Source of the DNA: the human T2T-CHM13v2.0 reference genome, Homo sapiens
Length of the DNA stretch: 64,000 nucleotides
Strand: one strand, 5' to 3'
Assembly (NCBI RefSeq): GCF_009914755.1
Contig: NC_060933.1
A program made the position numbers and the translations under genes. The notes beneath the pieces were generated by a model, which saw only the letters and a list, made by a program, of their open reading frames with translations, did not search any database and had not been told where the DNA came from. The first letter of the stretch is position 1. Every line of letters begins with the position of its first letter. Shown one piece after another: positions 28,927 to 50,528 of the stretch.

Positions 28927-29372
28927 TTATTATTATTATTTTAAATATTTTAACTTTTAGGTTCATGGGAACGTGTGGAGGTTTGTTCTTTAGGTAAATT
29001 CGTGACTCAGGGGTTTGATGTACAGATTATTTTGTCACCTGAGTAGTAAGCATAGTACCCAACAATTTTTTTTTCCCTGAACCTCACCCATCTCTCATCC
29101 TCCTCCCTCAAGCACAACCTAGTGTCTATTGTGCTGCTCTTTCTGTCAATGTGTTCTCATTATTTAGCTCCCAGTGATAAGTGAAAATAGGGAGTATTGG
29201 GTTTTCTGATCCTGTGTTACTTTGCTAAGGATAATGGCCTCCAAGCTCCATCCATGTTGCCGCAAAGGACAGATCTCATTCTTTTTTATGGCTGCATAGT
29301 AATTCATGGTGTATATGTACCGTACTTTCTTTTTCCAGTCTACCACTGATGGGAATTTAAGTTGATTCCTGG
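28927..29372 (-). mobile_element. L1 3' end fragment (older L1PA/L1PB)
   Basis: ORF 29164..29346 resembles the ORF2 C-terminus (DWKKKVRYIYTMNYYAAIKKNE); 3' UTR and T-rich tail present. Confidence 0.85.
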
Positions 29373-30802
29373 GTATCTATTACCTAAATTACATATAAAA
29401 GCAGAAAAGAAAAATGACAAGTAGAACATGAAAGTTAAACAGTATCTTTTCAGGTTCAATGACATAAATATTCTTATTATCTAAAGGTATAAAGTCTAAT
29501 GTTTTATTTCCTATAGTGCTTTTATAGCAAAACACTTTTCAGAATTAGATAAACCAGATTGAGGCCCCAGTCTTACTACCTATTAGCTAGGTAAACTTGA
29601 GCTTTGGGATTTTCAGATTCAGATCTTGCAGGCAAATAAGATTTATTTGATATTACTTGAGGATGACAATGTCTATCTTGCAGATTATTATGGTAATGAG
29701 TTTATTTATGTGGATTGTTTTAGGATATTTTAAAACTATGTACAGACCTAAAAAAATCCTCATAATCTTTGCAGAACTGGGGAGGCATACAGGCATAATA
29801 CAACTGTAAGAGTTACTGTTTCTCATGCTTTTGTTTTCTAACTGCTCTGGCCACTGTTTTAGAAGGAAGGGTGAATATATGTAAATATTCCTGAAAAAAT
29901 AAAGTTTTAGAATATTAAATTATTACATATTTCATTCAGAATTTTTTGAAAGGTAAAACCAATGATTGAACGTAGTTCATGGGATGATCTGGTCCATATT
30001 CATCTACCATGATTTAACAAATTTTTTTTCTCATCTATTGATGAGGAAAAAATTAAGGGGAAATGTAGAAATGTAAGGTAAATGATCTGCAAAGAAATAC
30101 ACACAGGAGGTATGTGGGAATGTAACAGTGTAGGTCCGCAGGCAAACTAGGTGAAGGAGGAAGGTGAGGAAGAAAGGCATTTAAAACTTACTCTTTCTGT
30201 TTTCTTCTCAATTTTAAAGCCTGATGGAATATAATTTTCTCTACAGTAAATGTTGAATGAAAATCAGTTTTGTATGTGTTAATAATGACTTCACCAAGAG
30301 CATTTGAAGCTCTGTCTATCATATTTTGATGCTCAAAATAAAACATTGTTTTTATAGCTTAATAGTCTCATACAGTCAATTATTGCCTCCCCTCCAGACT
30401 GACACTTTGAACATTATTATTAACACTGCTGTCCTTAAACCATCATCGGCCTGCAGTGCAGACAATTTATTGATAGCTAATAAAACAGTGTTCAGATGCT
30501 GCCTGAGGGCAGGATTCAGAATTGTCATACCAATGCATAACCACATTTGATTTTTTGGAACAAGTTCCATTACTTAAAAATTATGGTTTCATTTTCTTAT
30601 TTTTATATCTAGATTTTAACATTATATGCATGCCTATATAAGCATTAAATATGTTATTCAGTTATGTGTGAGTGTAACTCAAATTTCTTGTAATGTGTAT
30701 GTACAGTTTAATATAAGACAGATTATTGATTAGGAAATAGTTAACAATTAATAATAGACATTGGCCAACCTCAATTACTAAACCAGAAAATAAGTTTATT
30801 TA

Positions 30803-30859
30803 TTTATTGTATTATTTTTTATTATACTTTAAGTTTTAGAGTACATGTGCACAATGTGC
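30803..30859 (-). mobile_element. Extremely 5'-truncated L1PA (tail plus about 40 nt)
   Basis: ttattatactttaagttttagagtacatgtgcacaatgtgca; TSD agtttattta at 30793-30802 and 30860-30869. Confidence 0.8.
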
Positions 30860-31249
30860 AGTTTATTTAAATGTATTGACTGTTTTTTAGTCACTACACA
30901 AATCATCTAAAAGAAAATACCACAGATGAAACCTGCAGATCCACTAACTAGTTATCAGTTTATCAAGACTGATCGTGTCCACTCCCTTCAGAAATCACAT
31001 GGATTTGTGCATTATGCAGATCTTTTTTGGTCTTCCCCATCTTTTCCCATCCTGAACTAGAAGTAGAAGCCTATTGCATTTTTATCTGGTACTTTCTTTT
31101 GCATTTAGTAGAAATACATACACATACTACCCTAGGCTACTCCGCAGTACATTAAAATTTCCTTTTGCTTTCCAGTAATTTCAAATATCTCAACTAAATA
31201 TCTCAGTTGAAAAATCAAAGTTTTAATTCTTATCCATCTTTCAACATAA

Positions 31250-31643
<394 letters not shown>

Positions 31644-32910
31644 TAATTTTCCAAATATCATTTATAATTATTAAATATTAAAACACATTTATTCTGCTTA
31701 GCAAACTTTGCATCTCCTCAGAATGCCTAAATATTTTGCCATATGAAGGTTCCAGTGGAAGTTTCAGACAATACATTTTGATGGCAAATGGTGAATTTTC
31801 CTATTGAGAAATATGTTGATTACAAGAAATAAGAGAGACAGTAGATTTTCAAAACCTTTTCAAACTATTTCAGATGAATATTCAGAATTATTTTACTTAT
31901 AGATTGCACTCTTCTAAGGCACTTACATATTCTGACAACTATGTGTTTTTGAAGCAAATTTTGACTGAATTAATAAATGACAGCACAGATCAAAATTTAA
32001 AAACTTACAAAATTCTCAATAGATTTCACAATTGTGCAAAGTCCCATGCTTTCTTTTAATATTGTATACTTACTATACTTTTAAGGGGTACTTTTTAACA
32101 GTTGATTTATTATCAAATAAACTTTCTATAATTTGACAGAACAACATAAATTCTTGTTTTTCTCCTTTCTACCTAGAACATACATATGATAGTTGAGAAA
32201 GACACATATTCTGATCATGAAGAAATAAACACAAGTTAAATATGACTAAGCAGAAAGATGGAAGGACCAGGAATGGTGATGCTAACTTGGAACCACGATG
32301 CAGGCTCTAAACTCCTCTACAATCATCCTCCCTTGTGAGAAAAATACGTAAGTCACTTTTAAAATAAATAGAAACCTGAACACACTTCTTAGCTGGTTTA
32401 AGTATTTTAAAAACATTGATGAATTAAACACAGAAATATGGGGAAATCTCATTACTTACCTTAAATTTTGAAATTTTCTTTACAGATCATGAGTTACTTA
32501 ATGCTCTTTCACTCCTGAGTTTACATTGTAAATTAAAGTTATGTCAGCTTTAAAAAATAACCAATTAAAAATAATGATCTAAATTTATACTTTAATTTTA
32601 ACGAATAGTATTATCTCTTATTATTTACCTCTGATAAAGTCCAAATGTTTGTAGGCCTATAGCTCTGGTTATATACAATGAAATATCTTTCTCATGAGTG
32701 TAGACTATCTAGATTATATTTAATGCATTTACTTTTTGAGGAAAAGGAAACCCTTAATAAAATAGCTTCAAATATTTGGTTTTAAAAAATGAGAAAACAA
32801 ATACATTACAGGACTTTTGGATTTATCACCAACATGTGAAGGGCTCAGAAGTTGTCATTCCTGGCCTTACAATAATAATAATAATAAAAGCTATACAAAT
32901 TGAAAATCAA

Positions 32911-33175
32911 TGACATTTCCACAGTGGGAGACATATTTTATTTAGGAGGCAGCAGTCTATTTAGTTTTTGAGAGCTTAATCGATAGATAGTTCAGGTTTT
33001 CTAGTGAACCAAAATCTAAATGCCTACCCATTGGTTTTGGTAGCCAACGTCAATATCCAACTGCTCTTTCACACAACATGACTTCAAAGGCTATGTAACT
33101 AACATCATGTCACTGCACCTATGTCTTTTTAAAGCCAAGTACCTCTAGTGCCCCTCATTATAGCTCATATTTCAA

Positions 33176-33178
<3 letters not shown>
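32911..33178 (+). repeat. Copy 2 of the 268-bp direct repeat, fused to a truncated L1 3' region
   Basis: Matches 28444-28711 and runs straight into L1 sequence ggttttctgttcctgcattagtttgctgagg. Confidence 0.95.
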
Positions 33179-41634
<8,456 letters not shown>

Positions 41635-41671
41635 ATTTAACCTTCTTTTCTCATCTAAAGGGGATAAAGGA

Positions 41672-42258
41672 TGAAACTGTCCCAAAGAAAAGTTTATAAA
41701 CCAATTAAGGGAGAAAATAAAATTCAACTAGGCTTGCAGAATAATCAGTGGCAATCATGAAATCCACTTCCCAATTTGGCCTACTTCCTTGTAGCTAGTT
41801 ACTTCTTACTCCCCCAAGATAGTGTAGCCCTTGTCACAAGACTGTGTTCCTTTTCTTTTCTATAGATAAGATCTAAGGCACATGAGATGATATGCTTTCT
41901 GTTTGAGTTTCTCCTTTATGTTACGCATACTGATAAAATTGTTGATGCCAGTTGATCTGAAGGTCCCAGCAAGGAGCCGACTCACAGAAGAATGAAGTTT
42001 TCACATCATGATGATTTAATCTTCCTTGACCTGAGCAATTGACAACCCCAATTCTCCAGAACCTCACCCGCCACAATCCCCTTAAAAACCCTGGCCCAGA
42101 ACCCCTCAAGCAGACAGATGTGAAGCTTGAGGATTCCTTCATCTCTTTGCCCAATGGCATTGTGATTATTAAACTCTTTTTCTGCTGCAAATTATGATGT
42201 CTCAGTGTATTGGTCTATTGCTGCTCAGTGGGCATATGAATCTGGCAGTCCTGTAATA
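41672..42258 (+). mobile_element. ERV1-class (MER4-group-like) solo LTR
   Basis: Starts TGAAAC and ends ctgtaata; cccttaaaaaccc TATA-like site; attaaa polyA-like site then tcagtgtattggtctatt. The family could not be resolved. Confidence 0.65.
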
Positions 42259-42594
42259 GGGACAAAAGATAAACTACTGGCAAAACACTCGTAAAAGTCA
42301 TAACCTAAGACATAGGCCCACTGAAAGGCGGATATTCAATCAGAGCACTGTAGAACATATTTCTCTGCTCATACCATAAAATTTAAACCAACATGACTCC
42401 AATATAAGGAGACAGACAAAAGAGCTATAAGAAACAGACACTGTTTGAAGATGAGTACTTAAGGAAACCTAAAGTTAAGGGAGGAGACAAAAACAAGGAC
42501 ACTAGAGGAATTTGAAACCTTCAGAAACTTGAGCTATAACAAATATTAAATGCAGTTCAACTCCAAGACAGATTAACATATATCCTCAATTAAC

Positions 42595-42640
42595 TTTATC
42601 TCAGTATCAATTTATCTCAGCATCAATTTATCTCAATATC
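42595..42640. repeat. 16-bp tandem repeat, about 3 copies (tttatctcagtatcaa)
   Basis: tttatctcagtatcaa tttatctcagcatcaa tttatctcaatatc. Confidence 0.85.
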
Positions 42641-43846
42641 TATTATGGATACCACATGTCTGGCTCTCAACAATGGCAACAAAATTACAAAACATGGTAA
42701 AAGGCAAGAAAAAAATTAACAATCTGAAGAGACAGGATGATCATCAGAACAAGACTCAGTGATGATGATGCATATTTTGGAAATAGCAATCAAGAAATTT
42801 ACATAACTATGATTAAGATGTTAAGGACACTAGTGGAAAATGTAGAAAATATTCAATAAAAGATGATTAATATAAGCAGAGAGATGAAAATTCTAACAAA
42901 GAACCAAAATAAAAGGCTAGAAATTAAAATAACGCCAATAGATTTTTTTAAAATGCTTTCAATGGTTTCATTAGTAGACCAGACATGTTTGGGGAAAGAA
43001 TTGGTGAAACTAAAGATAGGTCAAAAATACATTTTAAAACAAAGTGCCAAGAAAAAATAAACGGAAAAAAAAAGTGAAGGACATCAAAGACCCGCTGGGC
43101 AGTTTCTAAAGTTGTACAAAATGGGAAACTGGAATAGCAGAAAGACAAGAAAGAGAGAAATGAGGAGAATCTATCTAAATGAGTAATGGTCAAGAAATTT
43201 TAAAGCATAATGACATGAAACAAACAACCGGTCCAGGAAGCTCAGAGAATACAATTCATGACAAACAACAAAAATACAGCACCAGACATAGCATTACCTA
43301 TATGTAGAATAAAATAAAATAAAATAAATCAATAAATAGACAAAGAGAAAATCTTGACAGAATCTGGAATGAAAACTACTTTCCTTGTAGAGAAAAAAGA
43401 GCAAGGATTTCAGCCCACTTCCAGTAAGAAACCAGGCAAGAAAGAAGAGAGTTGCGGGAAATGTTTAGGAATAAATGCACCAACTTAGAATTCTACATCT
43501 AGCAAAATTATACTTCAAAAGCAGAGGGGAAATCAGAATTTACCAGACAATAAAACACTAACGGAATATATTGCCAGAAAACTTTCCTGCAAATGTGTTA
43601 AAAGAGGTTATTCATGGAGGAGAAGAGTGATATAGATCAGAAACCTGTATTTACAATAAGAAAGCAAGTATGTTGAAAAAGGAAAAAAAAATGTTTTATT
43701 TTTCTTATTGTAAATCTTTTTAAACTACATGTTTGTTTAAAGTAATATTAGTAAATGTTTTGGGCAATTACAGCATGTGGGTAAGTGAAATGCCTGATGG
43801 TTATGTTACAAAAGATATGAAGGATGAACTGGGACTATTCTATTAA

Positions 43847-45086
43847 CGTGTCCAGAATTGGTGGGTTCTTGGTCTCACTGACTTCAAGAATGAAGCTGCA
43901 GACCCTAGTGGTGAGTGTTACAGTTCTTAAAGATGGTGTGTCCGGAATTTGTTCTGACGTTCAGACGTGTTCGGAGTTTCTTCCTTCTGGTGGGTTTGTG
44001 GTCTTGCTGGCTTCAGGAGTGAAGCTGCAGACCTTCGCGGTGAGTGTTACAGCTCTTAAGGCAGCACGTCTGGAGTTATTCATTCCTCTCAGTGGGTTCC
44101 TGGTCTCACCGGCCTCAGGAGTGAAGCTGCAGACCTTCCCGGTGGTTGTCACAGCTCATAAAGGCAGTGTGGACCCAAAGAGTGTGCAGCAAGATTTACT
44201 GCAAACAGCAAAAACACAAACCCTCCACACCACGGAAACGGACCCAAGCCGGTTATCACTGTCCCTTGTGGCAGCCTGCTTGTATTCCCTCACCTGACCC
44301 CACCCACATCCTGCTGATTGGTCCATTTTGCAGAGAGCTGATTGGCCTGTTTTGACAGGGTGCTGATTGGTGCGTTTACAAACCTTGAGCTAGACACAGA
44401 GTGCTGTTTGGCGCATATACAATCCTCCAGCTAGACACAAAAGTTCTCCAAGACCCCACCTCACTGGGGAGCCCAGCTGGCTTGCCTAGCAGATCCCGCG
44501 CTGGGGCCGCTGGGGGAGCTGCCCGCCAGTCCCACGCCAGGTGCCTGCACTAGTCAGCCCTTGGGTGGTTGATGGGACCAGGCGCCACGAAGCAGGGGGC
44601 AGTGCCGTTGGGGAGACTCCCGCTGGCCGCTGGGAGCCCACGGGGGAAGGCGCGGGCGGGGAAAGGCTCGGGCATGGCGGGCTGCAGGTCCCGGGCCCTG
44701 CCCCACAGCGAGGCGGCTGAGGCCTGGCAAGAATTCGAGCCTAGAGCGGGCGGGCTGGCAGTGATGCGGAACTCAGCGCATACTCCGCAGCGGCTGGCCC
44801 TGGGTGCTAAGCCCCTCACTGCCCAGGGCCTGTGGCGCCAGCCTGACCGCTCTGAGTGCAGGGCCGCCCCCGCGTGTGCCGCGCGCAGCCTCAGTTCCCG
44901 CCTGTGCCTCTCCCTCCACACCTCCCCGCAAGCAGAGGGAGCATGCTCCGGCCTTGGCCAGCCCACAGACGGGCTCCCACAGTGCAGCGGTGGGGCGAAG
45001 GGCTCCTCAAGCGTGGCCAGAGTGGACGTCCAGGCCGAGGAGACACGGAGAGCGAGCAAGGGCTGCCAGCACGCTGTAACTTCTTA
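43847..45086 (-). mobile_element. LTR12-family (ERV9) solo LTR
   Basis: gtgtccagaattggtgggttcttggtctcactgacttcaagaatgaagc with repeated ggagtgaagctgcagaccttc U5 units, ctgattgg repeats and a CpG-rich U3; 4-bp TSD ttaa at 43843-43846 and 45087-45090. Confidence 0.93.
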
Positions 45087-47204
45087 TTAAGGTACCTGCA
45101 CTATATGTGAACTGGTGGAGTGCTATTTGAAGGTGATCTTAGATTAGTAACAAATGTGTATTGGATACTCTGGGGAACCACTAGAATAGTTGAAAAAGAA
45201 AGTATGCTTTACATGTAATGAGTGACATTAGGTTTGATAGTGGATTTTTAGATATAATATTAATACGAAAAGTTCTAGCTACAAAAGAAAAAATGATGTT
45301 AGAGTTTGTTAAATTTAAAATGGAATTTTCTGCTCTGTGAAAGACTCCAGAGAGTTAAAAGACAAGCCACAAACTAGAAGAAAATATCTGTAAACCATAT
45401 ATCTAATAAAGTATTGGTATCTAAACATACAAATAACTCTGAAAACTGAATAATAAGAAAGCAAACAAGCCAATTACAAATGTGCATAGAATCTGAAAAG
45501 ACACCTCACCTCTGCCCCCGAAATACCCATGGCAACTGGCATATAAAAATATGCTCAGTATTTTTTTTCTTTAGAGAAACACAAATTAAAACAATTGTGA
45601 TACTACCACACATTAGTTAAAATGGCTTAAATCCATGAACCGAAGTATTACAAATTCTGGTGAAAATGTAGAGCAATAGTAGCTGTTTGCTGAAGGGAAT
45701 TTTAAAAATGGTACTGCACGCTGGAAGACAGATTGGCAGTTTCTTACAAATCTAAATATCGTCTCACCACGTACTTCAGCTATCATTCTTCTAGGTATTT
45801 ATCCCAATGATGTGACAATTTATATCACATAAAAATGTGAATGTTTATCAGAGTTCTTTTTTATAATTATCAAAAATGGACAGCAACCTACATGGCCTTA
45901 AACCTTAAGTAAGTGAATTGATATACTGGTACATCCAGAAAAAAGAAATAAATATAAATCTACAGGAATAAATACATGAATATTCAATATTTATTGCTCT
46001 GTGAAAGAAATTGGTCAGCAAATGCCTCGTATTATATATTGCTAAATATATGACATGGTAAAAAAGGCAAAACAATATAGTATAAAAGATTAGTGCTTCC
46101 AGAGGTGAGGGGAGAGGAAGTAGGGTTAAATATGTGAAACATGAAAACAAATTTTTTACCGTACTGAAACTATTTTATATGATATTGTAATGGTGGACAT
46201 AACATTATGCATTTCTCAAAATCCATAAGAGTTTTTGAGCTTGAGGAGGAAACATTAATTTATATAACTTTAAAAAAAACTATCCTTTAGGAAGTAGAGG
46301 GATTGCAAGATGGAATGCAGAGTGTGACAAAATATTATAACTGTATTGAAAATATATGAAACAACCTCACTGAGATGGGTGGGAAAAAATGCGTTGAAAT
46401 AAGTAATTTCAGAAATGAGAGGAGACTGTAAAATTAAAGGTGAAAGGAAGTGTATACAAGCACAGTGCTCCAGTTAATAAAGTTGTTTCTCATGGAAGTA
46501 TGGTGTAACGTTTCTGACATCACCGTATATGTACACTGTGAATGAACAATTAAGAAAGTGAGTGATGAATGGTGGCCGGGAACAAGTAGAGGGTTATTCT
46601 TGATATTCTCCTCAAATTTCTTTAATTAATTAGTAAATGAATTAGCAAGTCCCTAATGGCCTTTAGAGTCTGCTGAAGGAGATGAATAAACAGCTGACTA
46701 TTAATATAGCATAATATAATATAGTGTTTAATATAAACAAAGGGCTATGTGAGTGTGGACCAAGAGACTATTATTTTCACCTTTTATCTAAAACCTTGAA
46801 AAAGTTGGCACTTCTACCTTACCTTAGATAGTAAGCAAGAGTTAGATAAGTTGAAATGACACATTTTTCATGCAGAAAATATTACACACGAAGACATGGA
46901 GGTTCAAAATTTCCAGGTTATAGGGAAATTGCAGGATGCTGAAATATGCAGGTTGCTGAAAGGAATGCAGTATGATGCAAGATATTTGATGTTGGGCAAA
47001 AATAATTTTAACTTCTATTATACAGTCTGTAGAGAATGGGCAACATTGAGGGGTAACAGAAGCCTTTGTTACTCCATCTTTGAAAAATAAATAATAATAA
47101 TTATCCCATTTAGATATTAAAGATTAAATAGGTTAGTGAATTCAAAGTATGCCATATAAATTCTGGCAAATAATATGTTCAAAATAAATTGTAACTTTGA
47201 TTAT

Positions 47205-47370
47205 TAAAACATATGTATACACACACGTACATATATGTGTATGTGTATATGTATGTGTATGTGTGTGTGTATAACAGAATTAATTGTATATCATAGTTGA
47301 AGTAAAAGAATGGGAAGAAAAAATACTTTAATGGGCCTCCAAATAGGACAAGACTATATACATATAGTCT

Positions 47371-47414
<44 letters not shown>

Positions 47415-47452
47415 TCTAAATAAAATGTATCAATACACACACACACACATAT
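47205..47452. repeat. Compound (TA)/(CA)/(TATG) microsatellites
   Basis: (TA)n 47374-47406 with flanking CA/TG runs. Confidence 0.85.
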
Positions 47453-48045
47453 TCTCAGTACATGGGGATAATCAGAAAGATGGCTACAAAAATACAACCC
47501 TCTTAGTTTTATATAACCCTTTATAAATATATAAAACTAAGAGAAGAAAGAATGCCTTCTGAAGCACTGTAAACTAACCTAAGGGGGGTAAAGTCAGAGG
47601 ATTTTACTATGTTGGAACTGAATTTATTAACATAGCTATAGAAAGAGTCTGTCAATGAAAGGAGAATTAGTTGCCTATGGAAACTGAGCTACAGATGAAT
47701 CTTTAAGGCATAAATCTCTTTTCCACCTAAGTGGAAGTCCAATTCCTGAGGCAGGAAGTCTGGGCAAGTGAAATTGCCAGTTAAGTTGGTAAGCCTTCCT
47801 ACAATAAAAATAAATGCATGTGCACATTTATATTAGCTTGATGGTGTTAAATATTCTAATCATTGAACTTTATTTTTCTGATCTAATACATACCCAGCTA
47901 TCATGTGACTACATTTTGTTTTCCCATACAGATGTGCGTTTGGGTGGAAAGTATGTACTGTTTATGCTGAAGTAAGAATTTTATTTTATATAACATAGTT
48001 CTTGTTATAAATTAATAAACTAACATTCTGATTGTTTATAGTCAT

Positions 48046-48507
48046 TGTGTGTTGAATCGAGTCTCCAAAATGAAATACTAATCCCAATACTTGTGAATGT
48101 GACCTTATTTGGAAATAGGTTATTGCAGATGTTATTTTGAAACAGGGTCATATTGAAATGGGATGGGCCCTAATTCAATGACTGGTTTCTTTATAAAGAA
48201 AGAAAATATGGACACAGAGAGACATAAAGAAATATAAGGAAGAAGGCCATGTAATGACAGAGGCAGACAGTGGGGTGATGCATGCACAAGTCAAGGAACA
48301 CCAAAAATTGCTGGCAACCACCAGAAACTAGAAGACACACGTGGAACGGACTTTAAGTCAGAACTTTTCAGAAGGAACCAATCTTGCCAACACCTTGATT
48401 TCAGGCTTCTAGCTTACAGAGCTGTGAGACAACAAATGTTTGTTTTTTTTTTTTTAAGCCACCTATATTGTGATACTTTGTTATGGCAGCCCTAGAAAGC
48501 TAATACA
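48046..48507 (+). mobile_element. MaLR solo LTR (MLT1B/C-like)
   Basis: tgtgaatgtgaccttatttggaaatagg...ttgttatggcagccctagaaagctaataca. Confidence 0.85.
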
Positions 48508-48893
48508 ATAGTCAAAGGGAAATAAATTATCTCCCTGTAGCCTAAAACTTTAAAATAATTTTTTTTTTCCCAGAGGCCTTTTCTTTCATTTGTTGGTTTT
48601 GGTTTCTATACAATAGATCAAACATCTTCACTAATAGTTTTCTTAGACATTATTTTTGGAAACATTTTTAAAGGACTCATGGAAATCTATAATCTATGCT
48701 GATTGACTACTTCCATGTAAAGAATTTGATATTTTTCATAGTTACTACTGGCTGTTACTGTGCTATTCCTAATTGTCTTGAATGTTGCGTATGTAGCATG
48801 AAATTCCAATTTTTATTGAAGTAGGATATATATATATATAACTCTTCTATGGTTGTCTTCAAGCTGGAGCCTATTTGTTAGCACTGCAGGGCA

Positions 48894-48896
<3 letters not shown>

Positions 48897-48928
<32 letters not shown>
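48897..48928. repeat. (TG)n microsatellite
   Basis: Pure TG run. Confidence 0.95.
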
Positions 48929-48929
<1 letters not shown>

Positions 48930-50119
48930 TAGAAGCTACTATATGAGAAATGTGGAGATACGCCTTTAGTTCAATTCTTTAGCTGCTAACTAATTTAGAG
49001 TTCTTACTGTTGTTTTAGTCAGGAAATAATGAAATATATCATCAATAAAAAGTTAAAGGAACAAGGTGAATCAGTCCAATGGGAGAATCTAAATCTTCCC
49101 AGGGATCTGTCCAAATCCATAAAAAGAGTACCATTTGATAGGTAACAGCAGGGGATTAAAGACTGAAGCATTTTGCTGCAGGCTATGAATGACCTGATCC
49201 CTTAATCCATCTGTCTTTTTATATGAGAATGTTATGCTAATTAGCTGAGTAAATTGTTTCCTGATGATATTAATTTTGTGCCTTTCTGTTATTCTAGGCT
49301 TTGATTTTCACTGTGATAAAAATATACGAAGGGGCATTTTCAATTTAGATGGTTCCTATCCTGATAAATTCCAACACAGCAATGTTGTGGGGGAAACATG
49401 TATAAATAGCAAGCTTAATCAATCCCGAGGATAGACATAGATGACTTTAGCTTCCTATATAATCATTCCCTTTAGCTTCTAAAGCATTACATTAACACAC
49501 TTGAAATGTTAAAACATAATTCAAGGAGAATTTTAGGAAATGCAATTTTCATTGCCCCATTTTCTTTGGAGAAAATCAAGACTTGAATTCATTAACATGG
49601 AGGAAGTAATGGAACAGATAGTCGTGATGTGAAATCCTGCAGGTGTTGTGTTCTGATAATGCATATCCTTTACAAGTTTGGGTAAATTATTTGCTTTGCA
49701 TATAAATTAACTCCAAAGCTGAATCAACATTAGAATAATAAAAATGTAGAGAATATTTTTATTCCAAGGAAGCAAAGATTTATAGCAAAATATATCCAAA
49801 TCCTAGATGCAATTTCAGGAGGATAGATTTAAAAATATTTATCATACTCCAAAAAGAAAAAGGAGAAAGAAAAAAGGAAAAATACATACAATTGAGAGAA
49901 AGGAGGAATGGTTTTGGAAAATACAATATTATGTTATTATTGTTACATTAGGGAGAAAATAATTGAGAATCGATACATTTGTTTTTCAGTATAAAAACAA
50001 AAAGATGGCACTTATTTAACAATTCTTAAGTGATGTCTTCTGAGCTCCACTTTATTGGGTATGTATTGTTCCTAAGCTAAAATCTAATTTCAAAATATTA
50101 CGTATTACAGGTGTAATGT

Positions 50120-50528
50120 TGTCTTGGTCTGTGTTGTGCTGCTGTAACAACACCTGAGACTGGGTAATTTATAAAGAAAAAAAGGTTTATTTAGCTTATG
50201 GTTCTGGTGGCTGGAAAGTCCAAGACTATGGCATTGGCATCTGTTGAGCTTCTGATGAGAGCCACATGCTATGTCACAGCAAGGCAGAGAAACAAAATGG
50301 AAATCAGGCAAATCATTGCTTTATAAAAGAGGCAACTTTCTTTAGAATGACCGGCTCTTATGAGAACTAATCCATTATCATGAAAAATAACCCAGTTTCA
50401 CCAGAAAGTTATTAATTTGTCTTAATGACCTAATCACCTCTTCAAAGCACGATCTCCTAACACCTTACATGGGAAATTAAATTTCGACATGAATTTTGGA
50501 GAGAATAACCCATGTCCAAACTATAGCA
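50120..50528 (-). mobile_element. MaLR solo LTR (MST/MLT1A-like)
   Basis: tgtcttggtctgtgttgtgctgctgtaaca..cctgagactgggtaatttataaag...ccaaactatagca. Confidence 0.85.

Larger units (their letters stand above)
42260..46570 (+). mobile_element. Ancient L1M (L1MC/MD-like) fragments hosting the LTR12; probably continuous with the fragment at about 32810-32910
   Basis: A-rich ORF1-like remnants (42700-43620) and ORF2 end / 3' UTR remnants (45200-46570). Boundaries are approximate. Confidence 0.65.

Noticed and set aside
43824-45110. Cluster of 150-170-aa ORFs and repeated GVKLQTF peptides; CRISPR-like or coding repeat
   Set aside because: Explained by LTR12 U5 tandem units and the GC-rich U3. There is no repeat-spacer architecture and the context is eukaryotic.
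47920-47980. Possible micro-exon (ttttcccatacag ... gtaaga), and similar AG/GT pairs near 27510-27705 and 60460
   Set aside because: Splice-like motifs are common by chance in AT-rich DNA, and there is no recognisable product or partner exons.
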